A DNA stretch of 64,000 nucleotides from contig CM000151.3 of NCBI GenBank assembly GCA_000004695.1, positions 4,064,001 to 4,128,000 of the forward strand, read 5' to 3'. The position numbers and the translations under genes are program-made. The stretch's first letter is position 1; each line of letters begins with the position of its first letter. The stretch is from Dictyostelium discoideum (lineage: Eukaryota). Positions 1 to 17,768 of this stretch are shown here, in pieces. Below the pieces are notes generated by a model. That model saw nothing but the letters and a program-made list of their open reading frames with translations. It did no database searches and was not told where the DNA came from.

Positions 1-346
1 CCAATAAACAATTCTTGAATGAACAATTCGATGTCTCTAACTTGTCAATGATTTTATAATCTATAATTGATGAGAATCTGTTAAGTGGTTCTGATAAAAC
101 ATTATCAATGAAACTTTGATTCAACGATATTAAACCATTGCCATCACCACCAATATGAAGATTTGAAAACTCGGTTATTAACGTTAAGAATTTTAGTCCC
201 TTCAATGTGAACATTATTTCGCCAAAGAATAATAAATTCTCTACATTATATCCAATTGATGTTAATTCTTGTATTTGTTTTATACCTATACATTCTTTCC
301 ACCATTTAATTTCATTTATTAAAATATTATTAATGATGTCATTCAT
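1..346 (-). CDS. Hypothetical protein, N-terminal ~115 codons; the gene continues beyond the window start
   Basis: Minus-strand ATG at 346..344 is preceded by an in-frame TAG. The frame stays open to position 1 (MNDIINNILINEIKWWKECIGIKQ...LETSNCSFKNCLL) with normal Dictyostelium codon composition. No family assignment. Confidence 0.35.
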   Translation of the reverse strand, partial: MNDIINNILINEIKWWKECIGIKQIQELTSIGYNVENLLFFGEIMFTLKGLKFLTLITEFSNLHIGGDGNGLISLNQSFIDNVLSEPLNRFSSIIDYKIIDKLETSNCSFKNCLL

Positions 347-615
347 TACCCCAACTATATACTATTAAACTTTTATTACTATTATTTTTATTAATTTTCA
401 TATATAAAAAAAAAAAAAAATAAAAAATAAAAAAAATAAAAAAAAAAAATAAAAAAATAATAATTTTTATTATATATTTGAAAAGAGATAAAATAAAAAT
501 ATTATAAATAAATAAATATATATATATGTGTATATTTGTGTCTTTAAAAAACTCTATCTATATCTTTTTTTTTTTTTTAATTTTTTTTAATATTATTATT
601 ATTAAATTATAATTA

Positions 616-647
<32 letters not shown>

Positions 648-1362
648 TAAATTTAATTTATTTTTTAATTTATTTTTTAAGGGTGTTGCGTGTGTGTCAA
701 AGAAAAAAAAAAAAAAATAAAAAAAAAAAATAAAAAATAAAAATAAAATAATATTTTTTAAAAAAAAAAACAAAAAAAAAAAAAATTTATATATAAAAAA
801 AAAAAATTAATATTTTTGAAAAATCACTATCAAGCGCACCCATTATATTTTTTTTTTTTTCTCCCTAATATTTCAATTCTTATATCTATATATATTTCAA
901 TCTATATTTTATATTATATAAAGTACTATATAATATAAATAACATATATATATAAAAATAAATAAATCATAGTTTTTTTTTTTTTTTTTTGTTTTTTTTT
1001 TTTTTTTTTGTTTTTTTTTTGTTTTTTTTTTTTATCATACCACCCTTCAAACTTAAACAATTATTATAAAAATAATTGATTGTATATATAGTCAAAAAAT
1101 AATAAATAGTAATAACAAAAAACACATACAATCATATATATAAAATAATATATATTTCTCTGTAAAATAACTTTTTTTTTTTTTTTATTTTGTACACACC
1201 ACACACACTTTAATCAATAGCAGTATTTCCAATTAAAAAGGGAAAAACTCAAAAAAAAAAAAAAAAAAAAAAAAAAAACCCTCAAAAAAAAAAAAAAAAA
1301 AACACACAACAAGTTAAATATATATATTCATCAAAAATAAATAAAGAAAGAAAAGGAATAAA

Positions 1363-2961
<1,599 letters not shown>

Positions 2962-2964
2962 AAC

Positions 2965-3036
<72 letters not shown>
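2962..3036. repeat. (AAT)n microsatellite directly after the ankyrin gene stop
   Basis: Perfect AAT trinucleotide run seen in the sequence. Confidence 0.9.
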
Positions 3037-3037
<1 letters not shown>

Positions 3038-4267
3038 TAAAATGAAAATAATAATAACTTATTTGGTATATCTTTTAAAAGATCCAAAAAAGAAAAAAAT
3101 ATATATTTATTTGAAATAAATTTGTATAAATAGAATAAAAAAAAACTTTTTAGCTTCACTTTTTTTTTTTTTTTTTTTTTTTTTCTTCAATTCAATTTTA
3201 TAACTTTTCTCTTCTTTATTTGAGTTGGTTGTTACTGTTATTTTTTTAAAAATATTTTTTTTTTTTTTCATAATATTATTTAAAAAAGTTAGATATAATA
3301 ATTAAAAAAACTATTTTAAACTACTACCATCCCTATTTTCATATTGATTTGATAATTTAGAGAAAGTTGGTAGATATTAAATAAAAAAAAAAGAAAAAAA
3401 AAAAATAAAAAAATTTATTATTTTTAATAAAAAATTGGAATATAAAACAAGAAAAAATATTGTGTGATTAATTATTATTATTTTTTTTTTTTTTACTTTG
3501 AACATACAAAATTATTATTGATAAAATAAAATAATCGATCTTTTACAATTTTTCTTAAAAATTGGAAGTCCTTTAAATATTATTTGGTTCTATTTAATTC
3601 CATGCAATGATATCATTCTTATTTAGTGCAATAAATAATTTCAATATTCAATATGGTGAATTAATTATTTTTATTATTTCTTTTTTTAATAACTAGATAA
3701 ACTAAATTTATAATGTATTTAAAAAATTCTAAAAATTTGAGACCCATATGATTTTTTCAAATTTGAAATATCCAAAAAATATTAAAACGAAATTTCGTCC
3801 AATTAATTTTTTTTCTATTTTTTTTTTTTTTTTTTTTTCCAAATGGCTAAATTGATTTTCAAAAATTTGATGTCTTTTGAATTTTTGAAAGTTACCAAAA
3901 AAAAAAAAAAAAAAAAAAAAAATTCGGAATTTTCAATTGATAAATAGTTTTACTTTTAAAAAAATAAATAAAAAAAAAAATAATAGTTATTATTGAATCC
4001 AATAATAATATTAAGTAATTTAATTAAATTATAACCCAAAAGATTTTAAAATCTTTTTTTTTAAAATTTATTTTATTATATTTTATTTTATTTATTTTTT
4101 ATTTTTTTTTTTCTTTTGCCAAAAAAATTTTAGAATCAATATATATATATTGTTTTGTTTTTTTTTTTGTTTTGTGTTTTGTTTTGATTTTTTTCTGATT
4201 TTTTTTTTTTTTTTTGTATACATATTTATAATCAATAGCTTTTAACAATTATAATTGATAATTGTAT

Positions 4268-5914
<1,647 letters not shown>

Positions 5915-5924
5915 TATTATTTTA

Positions 5925-5990
5925 TTTTATTTTATTTTATTTTATTTTATTTTATTTTATTTTATTTTATTTTATTTTATTTTATTAAAA
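5925..5990. repeat. (ATTTT)n pentanucleotide repeat just upstream of the RWP-RK start (minus strand)
   Basis: 'attttattttatttt...' seen in the sequence. Confidence 0.85.
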
Positions 5991-6204
5991 AAAAAAAATA
6001 TATATTTACTTGGTACATAAAAAAAAAAAATTAAAAATTTTATTAATATGTATATATTTATAAAAATAGATATAGATATAGATATATTAGGATATGAAAA
6101 AAAAAAAAAAAATACAAGATCAAAAAAAAAAAAAGAATATATTTTTAATTTTTTTTTTTTTTTTTTTTTTTTTGACACGAAAAATAAAAGGAAAACCCTG
6201 GTTT

Positions 6205-6246
<42 letters not shown>

Positions 6247-6831
6247 ATTTTATATAAAAATAGAAATGAAATGTTTTATTTTTTATATATGTATATTTTT
6301 TTTTTTTTTTTTTTAATTTTTTTTAATTTTTTTTAATTTTTTTTAATTTTTTTTATTTTTTTATTTTTTTATTTTTATTTTATCTTTTGGAATCATATGT
6401 ATAATAAGATTTTTAAAAAAGAATAAAAAAAAAATTAAAAAAAAAAAAAAAAAAAAAATCAAGCTCGAATTTAAATTTTTATTTATAAAAAAAAAAAAAT
6501 AAAAAATAAAAAAATAAAAAAATAAAAAAAAAAATATAAAAAATCAGGGTTGCTAATGGGACTCTAATAGGAGTGGGACCCTTTGATTTGATAAAAAAAA
6601 AAAAAAAAAAAAAAAACAATTGTATTTTTTAATAAAAATATTTTTATTGACCCGACTCCCTGGTCATTGTTTTTTCAAAAAAAAAACATTCCTCAATGGA
6701 ATGAGTGGTTATGTTCGCAAATTTGGAAAGTCTTAGCACCACTAACTCACTAAAAAAAAAAAAATTTGAAAAAAATAAAATTTTAAAAAAAAATTTAGTG
6801 AGCTTAATCTTAAAAAATAAAAATTTCCGCA

Positions 6832-7155
6832 ACCAGGTTTTTTTTTTTTGGTATCAAAACGATTCCCAACTTTCCAATTTTTTTTTTTTTTTTTTCAATA
6901 CCAACAACAATTGAGAAAAGTATCATAAATTTGAACCTCTTGGTACTGAGGGAGTATCAAATTTGAGAAATTCAAAAATAAGGTGATGTAGAAATGCGAA
7001 TTATATAAATTTTAAAATTATTTGTAAGAATTCAAATTAATCCCATGATATATAATTTTATTTAAATATTTTTTTTTCTTTTAAACCTATAATTTTTTCC
7101 TAACACAAAAAATTAAACATAATATTTTTATTACTTTTTTATTTCATACTCTACG

Positions 7156-7188
<33 letters not shown>

Positions 7189-7281
7189 TATTTTTGATTT
7201 TGATTTTTTTGATTTTTTTTTTTTTTTTTTGACTGTTCACTCACCTGGTGTTTTTTTTGGTATCAAAACAATTCCCAAATT
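6832..7281. repeat. Pair of ~45-bp direct repeats (6832..6870 and 7247..7281; ggt(T)n ggtatcaaaac[g/a]attcccaa) bounding a relatively GC-richer block
   Basis: About 85% identical direct repeats 415 bp apart. The surrounding 6540..7000 is GC-richer than flanking intergenic DNA and carries short inverted repeats (ctcactaaa...tttagtgag). Function unknown. Confidence 0.4.
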
Positions 7282-7733
7282 AAAAAAATAAAAATTTAAA
7301 TAAAAAAATAAAAAAATAAAATAATATTTTAGCACTGATTTAACATTATGGTAAACATAAATAAAAAAAAAGAATATCACATGATATTTTTTTTTTTTTT
7401 TTTTTTTTTTTACTTTCCAATTGAAAGAAAGAGAGACAGAAAAGAAACCATAATAGCAACACATTATAATTATTATTTAAAAGAATTTTAATATGAGAAA
7501 AAAAAAAAAAAAAAAAAAATTTCGTTTTTTAAGACATGAATAATCATTGGATTGCAAATGAGTTAATTTTAAAATAAAATGTAATGGATTTTTTTTTTTT
7601 TTTGAAAGAGTGGATATTTATTTTAGTTGCACTTATTTTATTAAGGAACAAAATATGGGGATTCTCCACCAATTCACCATTAAATCACAATTGTAGTTAT
7701 TTTACCGAAAAGACATTTCGACCTTTTTTTTTT

Positions 7734-7774
<41 letters not shown>

Positions 7775-7867
7775 AAATGGTATTAAAAAAAAAATAAAAA
7801 AAAAAAAACAAAAAAAAAAAAAAAAAAAAAAAAATTAAAAACAAAACAAAATGAAAAAAAAAACATA

Positions 7868-8004
7868 ACAATCTGATATCCAAGATATGTAATAAAAAAA
7901 ACTAAAAAATAAAATAAAAAGTGTAATTTTTTAAAACAAAACATAATTGATGAATTTTATTTTTTTTTATATTTTTTATTTTTATTTTTATTTTTTTTTT
8001 TTTT

Positions 8005-8030
<26 letters not shown>
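7868..8030. repeat. Perfect 23-bp inverted repeat (caatctgatatccaagatatgta / tacatatcttggatatcagattg) separated by a ~117-bp A/T spacer
   Basis: Reverse-complement identity checked by eye. The distal arm overlaps the stop codon and last codons of the minus-strand LAMTOR2-like gene. Confidence 0.6.
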
Positions 8031-9042
<1,012 letters not shown>

Positions 9043-9151
9043 TGTATATTTAAAAATTAGTTTATATAGGTTAAATATATAATTCGTTTATAAAAAAAAT
9101 AGAATAAAAAAAAATTAAAAGAAAAATAAAAAAAAATGAAAAAGAAAATTC

Positions 9152-9200
<49 letters not shown>

Positions 9201-9503
9201 TATTTTTAAATTTTTTAATATTGCAAAACTTTTAAAAGAAAAAAAAAAAAAAAAAAAAAAAAAACCAAATAAAGGTTTTTTATATACATTAACTATTTAT
9301 GGTAATTATTATTATTATTATTATTGTTTTTTTAATTATCTAATTATCTAAATATATATATTATTTTTTTATAATCAAATAAATTTTTTTTTTTTTTTTT
9401 TTGATGATATTTTTATTAATAAATTTTTTATTCCCAAATAATAATAGAAAGTAAGATTCAATTTTATTATTAATTGTTCATTACCAAAATTGGAGGATAA
9501 ACC

Positions 9504-9546
<43 letters not shown>

Positions 9547-9813
9547 TGCACCTTTTCAAAAAAATCGAAATAGGAACCAAAAAGTTGGGTTTAATAATAA
9601 TCATTTTTGGTGTGATTTTAAAAAGTTTCATTTTTTATTATTATTTTAAAATAAAATATTGTTTTGTTTTGTTTTTTTCTTTTTTTTTTTTTTTTTTTTT
9701 TTTGATTTCACTTTAACAAAAATTGATTCAATAAAATGGTATTGTTTAAATTGTATCATTTTTAAAATGGGTATTATTTGAAACTTTTTTTTGAAAAATT
9801 AAAAACCAATTTT

Positions 9814-9859
<46 letters not shown>

Positions 9860-10348
9860 CCACTTTTTTCAATTTATTTTTTCAGTTGACATTTAACTAA
9901 ACACACAATAAAAAAATAAAAATAAAAATAAAAAATAAAAAGAAAAATAATTAAATTTGATGTTTCTTTACAATCAATAATAATTTGTTTTTATACTTTT
10001 TTTTCCTCAAAAAAAAAATATTTATTAATGAAAAAAGAATAAATTATTCAAAAAAAAAAAAAAAAAAAAATCAAATAAAGGTAGTTATTTTATTAGAACT
10101 TTTCTTTTCTGTGAATAATAAATTATTATTATTATTATTTATTTATTATATTATATTATTTATTATTTATTATTTATTTATTTCATTTCAACAACATTTT
10201 TTGTTCATTCATCATCATCATCTTGTGTAACTAATTCATCAAAAACACATCACAATATTCTCTTATCAAATTATTATCATCATCATTATTTTCATCGGAT
10301 TGTTTAATATTTGTAGATAAATTTTAAAAAATTATATTGTAAGGAGGA

Positions 10349-10384
<36 letters not shown>

Positions 10385-10894
10385 ATGATTTAATCTCCCT
10401 TTTCTCCCCACCCGATCAAAAATATTTTTTTTTTTTATTTTTTTTATTTGTAACACACAATTTAATGCATTAAAAAAATAAAAAAAAAAAGATAGTGGAG
10501 GTAATAATAATTGTTAAAGATAGATAATAGCAGTAGTAGCAATAAATAAATAAAGTTATTATATATGGTAGTGGTTGTAATTAACAATATTACTATTTTA
10601 TAAATCTTAATAATGTTGAGGAGGTGTGGGTTTGTGTTTGTTTTGGGATGGCGTGGGGGTTATTGGTTTTTTTTTTTTTTTCTTAGCTTTTTTTAGTTAA
10701 TAATAATAATTTTTCTTTTTATTTATTTTTTTTTAAAAAAATTTTTTTCTATGTGTGCATTCATTTTGATACATCATATCATAAAATCACAATTTTAAAA
10801 AAAGAGATTGATAAAAAAAAAAAAAAAAAAAAAAAAAATATACTCTATCACTTTTTTTTATTTTTTATTTTTTTATTTTTTTTTTCTTTTATTA

Positions 10895-10983
<89 letters not shown>

Positions 10984-11524
10984 TTTTTTTTCAAATAGAT
11001 AAATAATACATTATAGAGCTAATAATAATAATTGACTACTTTTATAATTATTTTATTTTTATTTTTATTTTTATTTTTATTTTTATTTATTTTTTAAAAT
11101 TCAACATATTTGTTACATTTATTTCCTATTCTAATAATAAATTTTATAATAATTATCTTTATTAACATAATTTAATTTATTTTCTCAATTTTAGATTTAC
11201 GCATAATACAATTATTTTAATTATTTTTTTTTCCAAATTTATTTTTTTATTTTTTAAAAACAATTCTTAAGGATATACATAATTATATATAAAAAAAAAA
11301 TAATAATCAAGAAGAAAAAAAAAAAAAAAAAAATAATTAAAAAACAATAATCAAAAAAAAAAAAAAAAAAAAAAAAAAAACATAACAAATTTATATATAT
11401 ATTATTATATTATATTATATTTATTTATTTTCCAAAACAAAAAAAAAAAAAAAAAAATAATTTCTTTTGTAACACTACCAATAATAAAATAAAAATTTTA
11501 AAAAATAAAATTAAATAAAATAAA

Positions 11525-11888
11525 ATGAAAGAAGAAGAAATTGCAAATTTAGGACCTCAGGAATATTTCAATTATTTAGAGGGAATAAATAAAAAGATTA
11601 TTATAGAATTAAAAACTGTTGCAAATATTGATACAGCCAAAGATACTGATAATTTACAAAATATATTAATTGAATCATCATTGGCATTGGAACATAATAT
11701 AAGGAATTTATTATATTTCGTTGATAAATGTCCAATTTCATATGATCAAATAGTTCATTATCATTCACATTTTAAAGAAGTTGTAAAGATTTTCTTTCAA
11801 GTTTGTCAAGATTTAATTAAAGCTGCTCAAGTATGTTATTATTATTATAATTTTTTTTTTTTTTTCTTCACTCCTCCTCTCCCCTCTT

Positions 11889-11926
<38 letters not shown>

Positions 11927-12230
11927 ATTAAAATTTATAATTATTTTAATATTTAGGCATTAATTTTAAATTCATGTGATTATTTAACAACATCAAATTT
12001 TGCAAAATGTAGAGGAGAGGCAATTAAAACTATAAAGAATACGATGGCAACGTGTAGTAATTTCGAAAAGTTATATTATAATCCAGATTTACAATTAGAG
12101 GATGAGGTTGATCTTGTTCATCAACAACAACAAAAAGAACAAGAACAACAACAAAAAGAACAAGAACAATATGAACAAGAACAATTAATTTTAAAACAAT
12201 TAAAAGAACAAGAATTAAAAAAACAACAAG

Positions 12231-12295
<65 letters not shown>

Positions 12296-13232
12296 AAACA
12301 CCAAGAAGAAAAAGAGAAAAATGATCAAAAAGAAAAAGAAGAGAAATTAAAAAAACAATTATTAGCAGAACAACAAAAACAAAAACAAGAGGAATTAGAA
12401 AGACAACAACAACAATTACAACAACAACAACAATTACTACAACAACAACAACAATTATTACAACAACAACAACAACAACAACGTTCAGATCCAATTATTA
12501 TACCACCAATTACATTAAAAACATCACAATCAGATTTATTAAGTGGTGGATTATCACCAAAAGTGAATTCACCAGGTTCACCCAATTTAGGTAAATTTAC
12601 AGAATCAGCAGAACGTGTTGCAAATTTTGATAGAGGTACAGCAAATATTATATTGAATATGAATAAGATCAAAGAGATATCATTGAGTGGTGATAGTGAA
12701 CAAGCACCAGAGATTGTCACAGCGGCAAGAATCATCTCTGAGAATATCGCTATCATATCCAAGGAATTACGATACAAAACATTGGGTACGAATCTTAGTG
12801 AACATTTCGTATCGGTTGTACAAGTTGCAAGATTAGCCATAAAGAATAAATCAGATCAATTCTATCAGGATCAATTGGAATTGGCAATTGAAAAATTTAA
12901 TGATACAATGCGTAAAATCATTTACTCTGTAAAGAGTATCTCAAAGAGTTCAATGAATCTTAGACAATTTGGTGTTGATGAGTCATCTTTAGGTAGATCA
13001 CCAGTTGTATCACCAGAGAAATCAATTTCACCAAGTTTTACAAGTAGTACAAGTGAACGTATTTTATCACATGAAATTAAAAATCATAATAATAATAATA
13101 ATAATTATAATAATAGTAGTACTAATAATTTACAAACTTCATTTTCAACACCTTCATTATCTTCAAATCATTCACAACAACCAAATCAACAACCATTACA
13201 ATCACCTTTATTAATTAATCAATTACAATCTA

Positions 13233-13263
<31 letters not shown>

Positions 13264-14050
13264 TCTTTCAAATTCTTTAAATTCTATACAACTACCTCAA
13301 GCAACAACTACAACAACAACAGCAACATCTCCATCAACCTCTACATCAACATCAACCTCAACATCACCAAATTCATCATCATTATCAATTTCAGATCAAG
13401 ATAAACAATTAAAAAGAAAAGAAAAACAACATCAAATCGTAATTCCAAAAGATGTTAAAGATTCAGTTGCAAATCAACAACAACAGCAACAACAACAACA
13501 AAATGGTACTACATCACCAAGAAATAATGAATCATCAGTAACAGCAGCAACAACAACAACAACATCAACAACAGCATCAATTACAACAAATGTTAATACA
13601 ATACCAAATTTCCCACCAAATAAACAATTACCAGCAACACCAACAACAGGTACACCATCAACATCAACACCAACACCACAAACACCAACATCAACTTCAC
13701 AAAATGATAAACAGAATGAAAATAATAATAAAGAGAATTTTGTTGACAAACAAAAAACATTGGGTAAATTATTTTCAAAGTTTGTTCATAAAAAGAGAAC
13801 ACCATTACCAGGATTTGATTCATCCAATTCATCATCACCATCAAATAATTCAAATACAACCAATTCATCATCTCATTCTAGTACAAACAGTTCACCAATG
13901 GAAACTTCACCAGGTGTTGAATCTCCAAAAATTACAAAAAGTCCTTCTCAAAATAATATTTTAGTTGATAGTTTAGATATTGGTTCTGATAATCAACAAC
14001 AACAACAAGATAAATTAACAACCACAACTTCAACAACGACAATAACAATA

Positions 14051-14111
<61 letters not shown>

Positions 14112-16816
14112 TACAACAACAACAACAACAACAGCAACAAATACCAACAACACCAAATAAATTATCAAATTCAATTGCAATGAATTCATCAAATAGATTA
14201 ATGACACCAAAGAAAGAAAGATCATTTACAATTGGATTGGTTAGTGGTAAACATTCATGTGTTGTAGTTGAAACACCAAAATCAAAGAAATTATTTCAAC
14301 ATGAATCAGCTAAACAAATACTTTCAATTATTTCAATGAATTTCCCAAGTTTTGAAAAAGAATTTCAAATGCAAAATAGTGAAGTAATCTCTAATATAAT
14401 TGAACAAATTGGAAATGTTATAAAGAATTATCATGATGAAGTTAGTGAATCATCATCATCGTCATCATCATCAACTACATCACCAAATAATATTAATACA
14501 CCATCTGATTGTTCACCAATTTTAAATTCTGAAAATTCTAAAGATAGTCATAATTTATCATCAATTAATAATAGTTCATATGATCCAGTTTCACCAGCAC
14601 TTAGAAAAATGTATGAAAATGGATCATATGATAGTAAAGAACATTCTAGATCATCTATTCAATCAAAGATTACACGAAAATTAGGTACAATTAGAAAGAA
14701 AGGACCAAGTCCATTTAATATGTTATTAAATTCAAGTACAGGTTCATTAAGTAGTTTATATTTAGATCAATTGAATGGTGGTAATGGTGATTCATCATCG
14801 TCATCATCTTCATCATATAATTTAGTTGGTGGTAGTGGTATTAGTGGTTATGATAATCAAAATGAAATTGATGCAAGTGAACATTTGGTTAGTACATCAA
14901 GTTTGTTCACAGAGGAAGCTATTGAATTGGTTAGTAAATGTTTTGAAGCGTCAATCATTGTTAATCATTCAGGTGGTACAAGTAGTGAAATTAAAGCATT
15001 GTTTTCATCGACATTGGATCATTTGGAATCAATGTTACAATCATCGGTAAACTTTGGTAAGATTGACCCATCCTCTTTCTGTATGACTTTCTTAAAGAAT
15101 ATTAGACAACACATTCCAACCATGAAATCAAAAGGTGGTAAATGTGATCCAACATTGGTAACAGCGGCAACTAAATTATTTAGACATACAATTCTATCGA
15201 ATCTTGATAAATCAATTCACTCCCTGTGTCATAGTGTTAGGGTGTTGGCAATTCAAATGACAATCATTGTAATAAGCATCAGTGCTAAACCATGGGATAT
15301 AAGCTCACAATTGCAACTGTTTGCATCGGCAAAGAGTTTCATCGATTCATTGGTATCATTATTGGATGCAGTGGAGAATAAAATTTACATTTCAACCAAT
15401 ACCAACATTCAAGATGATGTCGAAGTACCAACTATCGATGATACAGAGGATACAAATATTTGGGAGGAGGCTGATAGTCCATTAACATTTGGTTGGATCT
15501 CTGATGAAGGTAGTAAAACAGGTCGTTACGTTCCAAAAGCTGGTACATTAAATAAATTAATTTCAGCATTAACTCAAGATAATAAACATGATATATCACG
15601 TTATACTAAAACGTTTTTACTCACCTATCAATCATTTACAAATCCTTGGAAATTAATGGAGAAATTGATTCAACGTTATAATGTACCTTTGGATGAGAAA
15701 CCAGATGTTAGAGCAACAACTCAATTACGTGTGGTTTCATTTATGCAAACTTGGATAGAAAGAAATTTCAATGATTTCGATGATCAACTAATTGGTCAAC
15801 TAAAAGAGTTTAGAACTCGTTTACTAATGGATAATAATAATGATTTAGCGGTTATTTTAGGTGGTTTAATTAAAAAGAAAGAGGCCGAACGTTCACTTTC
15901 AAAGGAAAGATCAACCAATCATTTAACTTTCCCAGAATTAATGATACCAGATGGTCAAAAATCACCAACTGCCCTCTTTTTACTATTAAATGAATCAGAG
16001 ATCGCTAGACAATTAACTCTTATAGATTTCAATATCTTTTCAAAGATTCAACCAACTGAACTATTGGATCAATCATGGAATAAGGATTCATTGAAATTTA
16101 AATCACCAAATGTTATAGAAATGATCAATAGGGCAAATAAATTCTCATTTTGGGTTTCTTCACAAATTCTTTGGCAAGAAGATATTGAAGAGCGTGTTAA
16201 AGTATTTGAAAAGTTCATTTTAATCTCAAAATATCTAAGAGAAATGAATAATTTCAATACTTTGTTAGCCATTTTCACAGGTTTAAATACTGCACCTATC
16301 CTAAGATTAAAGAAAACCTTTGCTTTGTTATCTCCAAATTCTTTATCGATTTATAATAGTTTGGAGAAATTAATGAATTCAAGTGGTTCTTATAAAAACT
16401 ACAGAAGTGTTTCAAAAAATCCACCATTACTTCCTTATTTACCTGTTATCCTTTCCGATCTAACTTTTATGGAAGATGGTAATCCCGATAAAATAAATAA
16501 TCTAATCAATTTCCAAAAGAGAGAACTCATTTGTAGAGTAATTTCAGAGGTTCAACAATGTCAACAACAAACAAAATATGAATTCCCTGTGGTTGAACCA
16601 ATTCATACTCTTCTCACTGAATTACCTTCTTCAACTCCTTCTGAATTATATCAACTCTCTTTAATTCGTGAACCAAGAGAAACTAATCAATCAAATGCAA
16701 ATAGTTCAATTTCTTCTGGTTCAAACTTTTTATCAAATTCTTCAAATCATAATATTGGTAATAATAATGGTTTTGATACTTTAAAAAAATATTATAAGAG
16801 TAGTAATAATAATTAA
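11525..16816 (+). CDS. Ras guanine-nucleotide exchange factor (RasGEF-N + Cdc25-homology catalytic domain); 2 exons (11525..11830, 11957..16816), intron 11831..11956 (GTATGT...ATTTAG)
   Basis: Exon 1 ORF 11525 ends at ...KAAQ|GTATGT. Exon 2 reads ALILNSCDYL...MATCSNFEK in frame with ORF 12044..16816. The C-terminal half has RasGEF-N (GTLNKLISALTQDNKHDISRYTKTFLLTYQSF...) and the Cdc25 catalytic core (...ALFLLLNESEIARQLTLIDFNIFSKIQPTELL...FILISKYLREMNNFNTLLAIFTGLN...). The N-terminus has a Gln/Glu-rich coiled coil. Confidence 0.85.
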
Positions 16817-16862
16817 TTATTAAAAAAAAAAAAAAAAACTAAACAATTGTACACAACCTTTA

Positions 16863-16901
<39 letters not shown>

Positions 16902-17768
16902 AAACTATTTATTTAACAAAAAAAAAAAAAAAAAAAAAAAAAAATCAATTTATTCGTTTATTATTTCTTTTTTATAATTCTGGATTATTTTCATTTTATT
17001 TTATTTTTTTTAAAAACCCAAAAATTCCAAACTGGAAAATATGAGAATGGGAAATTAAGATGTTTATGATTTATTCATATTGAAGTTTAAGATGAACCTT
17101 TTGATTATTAAACAATCTATTTAAATTAAGAGCAAAAAAATAAAAATTACATTGTAAATATTATAAAAAAAAATAATATTTTGGAAAAAAAGAGAAAATT
17201 ACATTTAAATAAAAAATGAAAAAATTATAAATCTTAATTTTTATTACCACACACCATTGTTTTACTAAAAAAAAATAAAAAATTCTTATTATAATAAATA
17301 TTGTAAAAAAAAAAAAATAATAAATAAAAGTTTTATAAAATGTTTAATCAAAATATTCTAATGAAAAAAAAATAAGTAATAATAAAATTAATAAAACAAT
17401 TAATAATCATTTTATTTTAAAACAAGCTCGTAAAAAAAGATCTTATTTTGTCGGTTTAATTCCGATTAGTTTTTTTTTTTATTTTATTTTTTTTTTTAAT
17501 TTTTTTTTTAATTTTTTTTTCAAACGAAAACTCTCAACAGTGTTTAAAAAAATAAAAATAAAAATAAAAATAAAAATTTTTAGATATAAAGTTCCAAAGA
17601 AAAAAGAAAATATCTTTTTTTTTTTTATTTTATTTTTTTTTTTATTTTTTTTATATTTTTTTAAAAAAAAAAAAAAAAAACCTATTCGTTTTTTCAGAAA
17701 AAAAAAAGAAAAAAAAAAGATACAAATAATTAAAATATAAATTAATTTATAAATATCTAAATAATGAA

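Noticed and set aside
6850-7280. 'ATTCCCAAC' / 'ATTCCCAAA' as DUSE elements of hidden ncRNA genes
   Set aside because: They do not fit the [A/T]CCCA[C/T]AA consensus (A instead of C/T after CCCA), and no class I-like or snRNA-like sequence lies ~60 nt downstream on either strand.
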